This document shows positions 53,801-61,719 of a DNA stretch of 64,000 bases, in pieces. The DNA is from Malacoraja senta (taxonomy: Eukaryota). Both the position numbers and the translations under genes were made by a program. The DNA lies in contig CM075992.1 of the NCBI GenBank assembly GCA_038087875.1, positions 622,001 through 686,000 of the forward strand. The letters run 5' to 3'. Under the pieces are notes generated by a model. The model did no database searches. It had not been told where the DNA came from and was given only the letters and a program-made list of their open reading frames with translations. Position 1 is the first letter of the stretch; the number at the start of each line of letters is the position of its first letter.

Positions 53801-56800
53801 TTTACTGTGCTGCTGGTGCCTATCTGTGAAATTCTCTTTCTTCCTTTCATTTCTGTTGATTTCCCCCTGTAGGAAAGTGCTGCCTTGGCAGATAGATTGA
53901 TCCAGGTATGACTTCCCAATTTCCCCCCATGGCAATTATACATTCTTGCTAACTCTCCCAAAGCAGCGTCATTTCTCATGCCTCATCCGGTGATGTGACC
54001 TCCTGTGTTACTCACGCCTGCCTGCATGTTGCATGTTATCCCTGTGGAAGCACTCACAGTAACCCACGCTTCAGGCCTTGCTCACCTGGGCGCCTGAGGT
54101 GAGCGAATGTGATGATAAGTGATGCACAGGAGCAGCTGCTGCTTGGACTCTGGTTTGGGCTGCCTGTCCACTGGATGTCCAAGCAGGGATCGTAACATTT
54201 ACAGCAACCATTGTGTTATTCAGTTCTGCATGTACATGTACCATACTATGATTAGATGCATTTGATTAGATTTCAATATTTTATAAACCTTATCGCCACC
54301 ACAAAAAGAAAAACTGGAGAAACATAATGCTGCATACCTAATTGCAGAAGGTGCTCGGATGACTGGTGTCATGTGTACATGTGCATGTAGTACAAACAAC
54401 TTTTCACTGTGCTATCAAGTGAGGTTTTTTTTAAACAAATAGGTTTTTCTCTAAAAAAGGAAAATTTAAATCATCTTGTGTATCACAAATCGGATCATTT
54501 AACCCCTTCAGATGGGTGGCTAATGTGATCTTGATGGATTTTCCCTGTAACTTTCACTGGATGGATGCATGCTGCAGGATCCACCATAACCATCAGGTTT
54601 TTGTACTAATGGTGCTCTTCACTAAGGCATGCAAAGTACTTAAGAGTATTCCTTGCTATGGTAAAATACCTGTGAACCAGGTGCATTAGGTCTGGCAGGT
54701 ATGCAGTGCTTGGTTTCATTGTACCAATACATGTTCTATTTTACAACTTTTGACCATGCATAATGTGGCATCTCACATTTTTCTAAGTTGTGAGCACGAT
54801 GTATCATTGATTAGTGCAGTCAGGTAGGTAATATTCCACAGGATTACTCAAACTTTGTTCCAAAACAGTTTGGCGAAGCATGCTGAATTTTGTAAAATAA
54901 AGTCTTTTTCTTCAACGTTTATTTTGAACTGGCCATTTGAAATAAAATTGAAATAAAATATATCATCACAGCATAAAGTTAGTAATATGCAGGATGTTCC
55001 TTGAAACTGCTATATCAGGCTAGAATAGCTGAGGAGATGATTTTTTTTTCTATTCATATCTTTTGTTGAATACCTCAATTTTAACAGCAGAACTATTGAG
55101 ATGATCATTCTAATTCCTTCATTGACAATGTTGTTTCTGGGAACCAGTTTATAAAGGAATACTCTTTAATCTTTCATGCACATTAACATTTGTTTTTGTT
55201 TTGGGGTCAGTAAAGAGCAGGAGAGTTAGGAAAATGGGGAGGGGTGGAGGGAAGAGGCAACACACTATCTATTAAACTTGGAATTGGATAGTGCTTCGAC
55301 AAATGCCAGCACATTGTTAATGTGAACATTACATTTTACTGTGTGATGGTGAGTTTATGCCCACATATGTCATCATTTCCATTATCATTTGTAGAACCCA
55401 TCAGACCACTGAATTCACATGATCTGTAGTTACTTGCTTGTAATATCTTCTATTGAAAAGTTTTCTGCTCTTATTGGCACTTCTAAGCAGCTGCCATTCT
55501 TGCGTTCCGCCCGTACAATTCTTAAGCGTTTGCTTGTGTTTGGAAGTGTATATTTCGATTGAAGAAATACTACCATTCAATTTGACTCTTTCTGACGTTT
55601 TCAAAGCAATATTATGAGACTTTTGTTTTATTTAAAAGTTTCTATCTGCTGGCACTGGTGCAGCTTTAGGCAGGGTGTATCATTGTCAAAGTCTTCTGCC
55701 AAGAATAATTTTCAATAGGCTGCTCAAAGTTGATGCATTGGAGAGATACTTTGTGCTGCAATTCGGTGTGGCAATCCCAGGGGTGGAAATGGTCACATCA
55801 GTGTTTGGGTTTTCTTAACCTGTTGCTCAATAAGTTAGGTACACAAAAATGCTGGAGAAACTCAGCGGGTGCAGCAGCATCTATGGAGCGAAGGAAATAG
55901 GTAACGTTTCGGGCCAAAACCCTTCTTCAGAACTGCTCAATAAGTTAGTTCTGTTCCCAGTTTAATCTGACCTTTGCATACTAGTACATATTGATAGACC
56001 AAAGGGAAACTTTCTTGGTATGTTTCACTACACCATTTCTCCTGGTTGAGAGGATGATGGATCACAGACTACACACCCTTGGTCCTATTCCCACACGGCA
56101 TGTGCTAGTTGGCAGTAAGCTGGGTCAAAATTTGTATGGATTACTTGTGGGCTGGCTCGGTGGCGTAACGGTTGAGCTACTGTCTGACAGTAAATTGGAA
56201 TAGGTTTTCCGGGAATGTAACGTAGTGACAATCATTTCTGGTTCTTTTTGTGGCACTCTGAGAGTTTAACCTTGCACCTTCCATTGTTAATCTTGCCTCT
56301 CACGATTTCTTGCAAAGGATGATGTTTGTATATGCAATGCATTAACAGGACAACACGGACCATTTTGTCCTGTGGTCTCACACTTGTAGCTGGACACCAT
56401 GGTCCTCCAGACACAATATTGCCACCCTTCAACAACATCCTCCTCTGCACTGAGCCACCCTCACCAAACCCCTGTCCACAACCCCTGGCCTGTGCTCCCA
56501 CCTCCCGGATTGCCAACTCTCATAAATGTTTTCTTCAGTTTTCCTCTGCACCCTGTCCAACCATGGCAATTGTCAGTCCCCATTTTGACCCCTCCTCATC
56601 TGGCATTCCCAACCCCGACCCATTTGTCCACTGCCACACTCCACTGTGGAAAGCTCTGTACATATTGTCTCTTCCCTTGTTCAACCATGGCACAGATTCA
56701 ATGGAGCCATTGTTCCCAAATCTCACATCGGACCTTCTCTCCGTATTGCCCACCGAATATAACCCCCTTAAAGTGGCGCAAGTTCAATTACAAATATGTC

Positions 56801-59800
56801 CCAATCCAGTCACTTGTGCCTTGGGTCCATAGAACATTGCAGCACAAGACCGGCCTTTCAGCTACCACCCCCTGTACCTAGTACTCCCTTAATGCAGACT
56901 AAATTCTGGTAAACCTCTGCACACTTGCCAAAGCCTCCACATCATTCCTGTAATGGGGTGACCAGAACTTCAAGTAAATGGAGAGCAGGAAGATGAATAA
57001 TCAGGGTAGACAAAAATGCTGGAGAAACTCAGCGGGTGCAGCAGCATCTATGGAGCGATCCCCACACATTAACACTATCCTACACCCACTAGGGACAATT
57101 TTTACATTTACCAAACCAATTAACCTACATACCTGTACGTCTTTGGAGAGGTTGTGAATCTGTTTGGGGAATGTTCTTGACCACAAACGGGGATGACAAT
57201 TGATATCAGCAAGGATGCAGAGGCTGAAGGAGGAAAGTAGCAACATTATACCATGGTGAGAACAATGTTAAACTTCTTTAAGGTATGGAGAACAATTGGA
57301 TGAACAGCAAGAGAAGTGCAACAGAGCAAGATGTTTAAAGGAGAAAATGCCTGAGGAATAGAGCATGCCAAGGTGTGGATTGTGAATTAAGAAGGAAATA
57401 AAAGATCCTCCTCCATTGATCTGATTTCCTCCACGGAAGATAAGGATGCAATGAGCTGAATGTTAATGTAATGCACCAATCATTGGGTTATGTCCTTGCA
57501 AACAATTTACAAAGGAACTATTCTATCAACTCAACACCTCAGATTCGGAGTGCTTTTTATTACAGAGCCCTGTGTATACAAGCACGAATGTTTGAGTTTG
57601 AGAACTTATTATAGACGTGGCCATCATTAATCTACAGCCAAATTCATCCCAGGGGCTACACCTCTGGTGTTGATATCGTTTCAAGATTTCATCCTCAAGA
57701 TCTGAAGGGCCAGCTTTCTGTGGCTTGCATTGTGTTTGGCTTTGTAAGGATTTCTGGACACAAACTAGGGGATGCTCTGGGTCGAGGGTGGAAAAGATGC
57801 GACAGACTGTGGGGTTTTATGCTCTGGCTGGGGAATAAGACACAGCTGCTGGCAACAGTCCATACGCCCAACCACCATTGGATGTTGCAGTGGGATCTGT
57901 ATTCAGTCCCACAGACCAGAGCTCCTTAAACTGGTTCACTCAAGGGTGAATGGAATTATTTTGGGGTGAATTAAACTAGAGGGGTAAATGAAGGGTGAAT
58001 GACAATTTATTCAGATATATTTCTATACTTAAAAAAGGCATTGCCATTAAAGTGGTTAGTAAGCTCTTATTGGTTTTAATGGCAGTGGAGTTGGAAATTT
58101 GATGTTCTTTTCTCTCTACCTCTGGTTTTCTAATTTCAAAAAGTAGCAGGATATTTACCAATTTACTGTAATATATCCTTTTAGGGAAGACCGTTTTTTT
58201 TAGCCATTCTTCCAAGAAAAAAATTGCAGTAATCAAAGCCCGAAAGGGTAGGATGGGGCTGAATCCCAGTGTTTAGACTTTTTATCATTCTAATCAAATA
58301 ATTTTCCAACTCCAGTGGTAATTAATTTTTTTTCACTCCTAGTTTTCTTTACATTTTTAGGATGTTCAAAAAGTTGAATAAAATAAACACTTAAGAAATG
58401 AGTTAATTTATGTTTTTTGCTCATGTGACAAAATAAATTATATATAAAATGATACACAAGGGAGAATAAGATGAAAATTACCAAAAAACATAAAGTGTAG
58501 TCGAGGGTGAATGAAATGTTGTGATAAAGACTCGAGGGTGAATGACAATGACATAGTTTAAGAAGCACTGCCATAGACTCTGGGATCTTCTAATCAGGTT
58601 GTAGTGGGTCAGTGGCTTTGTGAAAAGAAAGGTCACTGTTGCTGGCACTGAGATTCTGAGAACTGAGAGTATTTCAGCACAGCCAAGTCATAGAAAGAAT
58701 AGTGAATACCACAAGTGGGTCGCTGTTTCCGGGACGAAGCAACACTGACAACCACATTGAGACTCGCCCACTGTTTAGATTGATAAAAGTTTAAAGTTTC
58801 CACTATTGTTCTAACTGAAAGTGGACAACCAGTTTCTCGGGGTCATTAAGTAGAGGTTAAGCATGAGATGCTGGGGAGGAGAGCTTCAAAGCTTTGCCCA
58901 CGGATGGTGCCCGTTGTCCATCTGCTGAATACTTTAGTGCAGTGCAGGAAGCAGACAGATTCTGTGGGTTTAGTTTCAGATCAATTGGCATCTGACAACA
59001 TTTGATCTAACTTAAATGGAACCTTTTCAGCCTGGGATAGAACTCAGAACACATTACAAACCGTACAGAACAGTAATGTCTGTGACGAACCTGATGTCAA
59101 GATAAAATAATCTTGTCTCCCTGTACATGATCCATATCCCTCCATTTCACACGCATCCATGTGCTTATGTAAATGCCTCTTAAACACCACTATCGTATCT
59201 GCCTCCACCACCACCACCTGGCAATGCGTTCCAGGCACCCACAACGGTCTGTGCATGAAATAATATCTCCTTTAATATTTGCCCCTCACTTTACGGTTAT
59301 GCCCTCTAGTCTTTGACATTTCCATCCTGGAAAGGTTCCGTTTAGAGATACAGCAGTCCATTGAGTCCACGCCGACCATCGATCACCCGTTTATACTAGT
59401 TCTATGTTATCCCACTTTTTCATCCACTCCTTACACAATAGGTGTGATTTTACAGAGGCCACTTAGCTGTCTTTGGGATGTGGAAGGAAGCCAGAGCACC
59501 CAAAAGAAACCTACAAAAACGCAGAGAGAACATGCAACCTCCATACAGACAGCACCCAAGGTGTGAATCAAACCAGAGTCTCTGGTGCTGTGAGGCAGCA
59601 GTTCTGCCAGCAGCATCAATGCGCCACCCTGATTGTTCTGGCTGTCTGTACTTCTCATAATTGTATATACTTATATCGGGTCTCCCTTCAACCACCGACA
59701 TCATAGAGAAAACAATACAAGTCTGTACAACTTCTCCTTGCAGCTAATCTCCCACTTCACTGCATGCCATACTTCTTGATAACTTCACTTAAATATCTTC

Positions 59801-60988
59801 AGGCTGGCGTTCCGATGCCCCCTTATGTTTAGAATGTAGAACCATAGAGGACAAGAACTGGCCATTTGGCCCATAACATCTGTGTGCTGACCAAGATGCC
59901 AAAAAACGATATAATGTAGTAAAAAGGAACTGCAGATGCTGGTTTATATCAATCAAAGACACAAAATGATGGAGTAACTCAGCGGGTCACACAGCATCTC
60001 TGGAGAAAAGGAATAGGTGACACTTTGGGTTGGGAACCTTCTTCAGACTGATTGTGGGGGGACTGGAAGCAAGAAAAGACCAGGACAAACCAGGGCCGGG
60101 AACAGATTGGCCTCTCACCCTGCCTAACATCATCTGTTGCTGCCCCTGATTTGTCCTGGCTATTTTCTTGGTTCCAGGTCTCCTACCCCCGCCCCCCTGC
60201 ACACCCATCCCTACAATTAATCTGAAGAAGGATCCTGACCCCGTCTCGTCACCTATCCATGTTCTCCAGAGATGCTGCCTGACCCGCTGAGTTACTCCAG
60301 CACTTTGTGTCTATCTTTGCCAAAGAAATACTCAACTTCCACTCACATTCCTGGTCTTTCCAGACGTTGAAGGCATTGACCTCTTGCCTGGTAATGACCC
60401 TAGAAGCTCTGGTTCTCTTCTGATTCCTCTTTGTTTGGTATTTTTCCGGCTCAATGGTGAGCTGATATCAGCTGTTAAAGCCAGGATTGGTTACCAACCT
60501 AGCCTTAACCCTCTTGCTTTCTTTCCTGCTTTCACTGGTGGCTGGTGCACTGGCATCTTAGATGAAATTAGTTAACTTAGGAAGGTGCAAAGTCTCTTCT
60601 TCACCTACGTTGTTCTGCTCTATTCATAAGATCACTGATCTCTGAATTCTTTGTGTTTGCAATTTAGTTAAGGAAGGGGGAGAATCTGGGTCTAGTTAAC
60701 GTTGCAGTCCATGAATAGACTCAAGAGACTAAGCCTGTTTATTTTCCAAACATTTTAATGATAAATTAAGAGTGGAATTAGTTCTTCAAGGATTTGGAAG
60801 CCCATCTGTGTCGCTAATCTTTCTTTCCCTCATGGATTTGTCTTCAGGGACAAGTAACCAGGGCGCAGGAAGCCGAGGAGAACTACATCATCAAGCGAGA
60901 GCTGGCTGTAGCAAAGCAACAGTTCAATACAGCCAGTGAGAAACTAGAACAAGCACACAGCACCATTCAGGAGCTGAAGGAGCTCAGG
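26943..60988 (+). CDS. EVI5L: EVI5-like protein (Rab GTPase-activating TBC domain plus coiled coil). Spliced, 3'-partial CDS: join(26943..27037,29255..29444,32015..32239,34942..35016,38007..38132,41635..41778,43986..44075,46699..46796,47489..47549,51972..52025,53873..53905,60848..60988)
   Basis: Twelve GT-AG exons join into one open frame of 444 codons (MASPAVSPDSSSSDNLSPDELELLAKLEEQNR...QELKELR). TBC R-finger IRRDIARTYP and Q-finger YCQG are intact. LEADSK, VRLMQEY, CIYQFEY, HFRSQ, FMYEG, GMSQ and FDSCPDKL..KAYQ.KYNPKK match recalled EVI5L rather than EVI5. Confidence 0.93.
27051..27301 (+). mobile_element. V-SINE 13 nt downstream of the first coding donor
   Basis: ggagacccaggttccatcccgactatgggtgctgtctgtacggagtttgtacg. 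Confidence 0.8.
28448..28573 (-). mobile_element. single-arm PLE repeat with 9-bp TSD
   Basis: tatgaatgt at 28443 and 28574. Confidence 0.75.
29255..29444 (+). CDS. EVI5L: EVI5L coding exon 2 (LLEADSKSLRSVNGSRRNS...KKKEKLLR)
   Basis: ctag| acceptor and |gtgagg donor; phase matches the previous exon. Confidence 0.95.
29503..29625 (-). mobile_element. Rex1/Babar-like 3' tail fragment (relatives at 11841-11901 + and 37921-37982 +)
   Basis: aagaattt..ttgttctatctgggacatatgacaataaaac resembles the tail at 5605-5669. Confidence 0.6.
29630..29882. repeat. compound (CA)n/(TA)n microsatellite
   Basis: direct read; explains the HT/CV-repeat ORFs. Confidence 0.95.
30470..30635 (-). mobile_element. CR1 3' tail fragment
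   Basis: tagaaacatagaaaacaggtgcaggagtaggcc, as at 13879 and 35888. Confidence 0.75.
31411..31763. mobile_element. non-autonomous hAT (Charlie-like) MITE
   Basis: TIR CAGGGGTGGGGAACCT / AGGTTCCCCACTCCTG; 8-bp TSD aactaagc / aactaaac; subterminal tgcggcc repeats. Confidence 0.85.
31785..31939 (+). mobile_element. retroposon 3' tail ending aataaa(ttca)n
   Basis: caaattccttgtatgtgaatacttggccaataaattcattcattcattc; family uncertain. Confidence 0.5.
32015..32239 (+). CDS. EVI5L: EVI5L coding exon 3, start of TBC domain (ELIRKGIPHHFRGIVWQLL...IRRDIARTYP...LFNVMK)
   Basis: tttcag| and |gtgaga; 225 nt; contains IxxDxxR. Confidence 0.96.
33180..34035 (+). mobile_element. V-SINE split by a nested CR1/HER1 LINE 3' end (33320-33914)
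   Basis: SINE stops at cctcccacaccc and resumes gacgtgtgggtttgtagg; insert encodes SYRERLSRLDLYSLERRRMRSDLIEVYKI...FFTQRVVGVWNKLP. Confidence 0.85.
34225..34507 (-). mobile_element. V-SINE
   Basis: aacccgggtctctggcgctgtaaggcagcaactc is the reversed tRNA-like head. Confidence 0.75.
34942..35016 (+). CDS. EVI5L: EVI5L coding exon 4 (AYSLVDREVGYCQGSAFIVGLLLMQ)
   Basis: ggcag| and |gttggt; 75 nt; contains the YxQ finger. Confidence 0.96.
35308..35510. mobile_element. PLE fold-back element with 10-bp TSD
   Basis: aggtaggtta at 35296 and 35511. Confidence 0.75.
35888..36328 (-). mobile_element. CR1-clade LINE 3' end, young
   Basis: ORF 35985-36290 RGDLIETYKILMGLDRLD...NFFTQRVVHLWNSLP; 19-bp tandem duplication at the truncation point (36291-36328). 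Confidence 0.9.
36461..37372. mobile_element. non-autonomous DNA transposon, PIF/Harbinger-like
   Basis: TIR AGGGTCTGTCCCACTGCGGCGAC / GTCGCCGCAGTGGGACTGCCCCT; flanks TTA / GTA. Confidence 0.7.
36893..37100. repeat. polypyrimidine 12-mer (CCTCCCCCTTCT)n and related tract inside the transposon
   Basis: direct read; explains the PPPS, GRRR and LLLP ORFs. Confidence 0.95.
37585..37920 (-). mobile_element. truncated relative of the GC-rich non-autonomous retroposon
   Basis: shares aacatccaccacag...cactgtg.cggaaggc with 43063-43105; (ctattga) tail on the minus strand. Confidence 0.55.
38007..38132 (+). CDS. EVI5L: EVI5L coding exon 5 (MPEEEAFCVFVRLMQEYRLRELFKPTMAELGLCIYQFEYLIQ)
   Basis: ttatag| and |gtaacc; 126 nt. 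Confidence 0.96.
38935..41165. mobile_element. nest of PLE fold-backs inside old CR1 fragments
   Basis: PLE arms at 38940-39088, 39490-39880, 40093-40292 (TSD gcagatttttaa) and 40440-40590; CR1 pieces from 40000 to 41160. Confidence 0.65.
41635..41778 (+). CDS. EVI5L: EVI5L coding exon 6 (DQLPELNVHFRSQSFHTSMYASSWFLT...FDIFMYE)
   Basis: ttctcag| and |gtaagt; 144 nt. Confidence 0.96.
42040..42335 (-). mobile_element. RTE/RTE-X-like LINE 3' end with zinc-knuckle motif
   Basis: WKTLNRLRVEQGRC...CSCGAVQTMSHLLEC then stop, very short UTR and (GAA)n tail. Confidence 0.7.
42937..43682 (-). mobile_element. GC-rich non-autonomous retroposon, apparently full length
   Basis: (TCTAA)n tail after tgacaagtaataaa on the minus strand; CTTTAGA at 42930 and 43683; near-identical copy at 63542. 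Confidence 0.75.
43986..44075 (+). CDS. EVI5L: EVI5L coding exon 7 (GLEVVFRIGMAILQFNQVELMQLDMEGMSQ)
   Basis: ggcag| and |gtaaat; 90 nt. Confidence 0.95.
44330..44689 (+). mobile_element. CR1/HER1 3' end, internally deleted
   Basis: matches 33480-33914, lacking the segment between two ccagag(g) motifs. Confidence 0.85.
45308..45729 (+). mobile_element. CR1/HER1 3' end
   Basis: SYRERLSRLGLYSLERRRMRGDLIEVYKI; (ctatga) tail. Confidence 0.85.
45847..45941 (-). mobile_element. single-arm PLE repeat with hammerhead core and 10-bp TSD
   Basis: tgtaatagta at 45837 and 45942. Confidence 0.8.
46699..46796 (+). CDS. EVI5L: EVI5L coding exon 8 (HFQKVIPQQFDSCPDKLILKAYQIKYNPKKMK-K)
   Basis: ctcacag| and |gtatgt; 98 nt. 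Confidence 0.95.
47489..47549 (+). CDS. EVI5L: EVI5L coding exon 9 (LEKEYTTIKNKEMEEQIEIK)
   Basis: cccacag| and |gtcagt; 61 nt; restores phase 0. Confidence 0.95.
48445..48752 (-). mobile_element. CR1/HER1 3' end
   Basis: ggaaacaggcccttcggcccaact is the reversed HER1/HE1 tail. Confidence 0.75.
48995..49050. repeat. 15-bp tandem repeat (aagttcttacctaat) x~3.8
   Basis: direct read. Confidence 0.9.
50249..50545 (+). mobile_element. V-SINE, full length
   Basis: gggcggcacagtagcgc head, B box and (ctaaa) tail. Confidence 0.85.
50866..51037 (+). mobile_element. degenerate PLE ORF fragment (RT-to-endonuclease linker)
   Basis: translates LQRDPTPYHIFPPLSAFHRDCSLHNSFVH...VTFP*NCRRCSTC, resembling the recalled PLE linker AFRRxxSLRxxLV...FPCxxxRCxTC. 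Confidence 0.65.
51548..51812. mobile_element. 265-bp PIF/Harbinger-like MITE
   Basis: ~60-bp imperfect TIRs starting AGGGCCTGTCCCAC; 3-bp TSD TGT / TGT; CpG-rich. Confidence 0.85.
51972..52025 (+). CDS. EVI5L: EVI5L coding exon 10 (RLRTENRLLKQRIETLEK)
   Basis: ttccacag| and |gtacga; 54 nt. Confidence 0.95.
53873..53905 (+). CDS. EVI5L: EVI5L 33-nt microexon (ESAALADRLIQ), probably alternatively spliced
   Basis: Long pyrimidine tract, tgtag| acceptor and |gtatga donor; phase 0-0; peptide matches the recalled longer mammalian EVI5L isoform. Confidence 0.92.
53906..54640 (+). promoter_or_regulatory. intronic splicing-regulatory cluster downstream of the microexon
   Basis: TGCATG at 54023, 54030, 54227, 54382 and 54566; TCAT at 53969, 53976 and 53983; TACTAAT at 54604. 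Confidence 0.6.
55839..55933 (-). mobile_element. single-arm PLE repeat with 15-bp TSD
   Basis: tgctcaataagttag at 55824 and 55934. Confidence 0.85.
59040..59630 (-). mobile_element. CR1 3' fragment (59040-59338) followed by a V-SINE (59340-59630)
   Basis: VVVEADTIVVFKRHL on the minus strand; reversed SINE head tctggtgctgtgaggcagcag. Confidence 0.7.
59915..60318. mobile_element. long PLE fold-back element with ~190-bp arms
   Basis: arms include the extension aagcaagaaaagaccaggacaaaccaggg / ccctgatttgtcctggctattttcttg. Confidence 0.75.
60848..60988 (+). CDS. EVI5L: EVI5L coding exon 12, coiled coil (GQVTRAQEAEENYIIKRELAVAKQQF...ELKELR)
   Basis: cttcag| and |gtaagg; 141 nt. Confidence 0.94.
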
Positions 60989-61409
60989 GTAAGGAAAGGC
61001 AGGCGTGAGACACATGGCTTAAGGACTTGTAAGGAAAACAATCCTGAGTTCTATTGTACCCTGGATGATCCTATGTGACACTGGCTCTCAAAAACCCTGT
61101 GAAACTAATCTTTGTTATGTGTGTGTGTGGCACGTTACAGCTGGTCATTGGCCGAATAAAAATACCATGCACTGCTTTCAGTAACAACGGTTGGATTGAA
61201 TTAAAGTGGACTGCTTTAAGTATAAGTTTGCAAAAGCCAATCGCTTGCATTATGTTTGGGCACTGGAGGTGTTCTCTTACCGGTCAAAGTCTGAGTAGTT
61301 TATAGAGATGCTTTTTGCCCGGACATTTCCTGGAAGTACGTAACGCACTACCTCTAGGATGATGAAAGTTGTTACAGATCAAACCCATAAAAGTTGAGTT
61401 TGAAATTGA

Positions 61410-61719
61410 TGATAGACATAAAATGTTGGAGTAACTCAGCGGGTCAAGCAGCATTTCTGGAGAAAAGGAATTGGTGACGTTTTGGGTCGAGACCTTTCAG
61501 ACTGAGAGTCAGGGAAGAGGGATGAAACGGTACAGAACCAACCAGAGGTGGCACCGATGGTCAAGGAGCAAGCAATGGTCCATTGTTGGCTGTTGTGGAG
61601 GTGATAATGAAGGGAAACGAGCAGTAAAACTAGCAGGACCACTAGGGTGGGGGAGTGAAGGAGAGAAAGGAATGCAAGGGTGACTTGAAATTAGAGAAAT
61701 CAATATTTATACAGCTGGG
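61410..61719 (-). mobile_element. PLE 3' end: endonuclease C-terminus, 3'UTR and terminal repeat
   Basis: 61719-61681 reads PSCINIDFSNFK, followed by the hammerhead-bearing arm. Confidence 0.7.

Noticed and set aside
56326..56881. C-rich segment with 160-168 aa ORFs
   Set aside because: Low-complexity skew; no homology recognised
26943..60988. Assignment to the paralog EVI5
   Set aside because: Most diagnostic residues and the MASP start fit EVI5L. A few are EVI5-like (HFQKV, EYTTIK), so a phylogenetic tree plus synteny would settle it.
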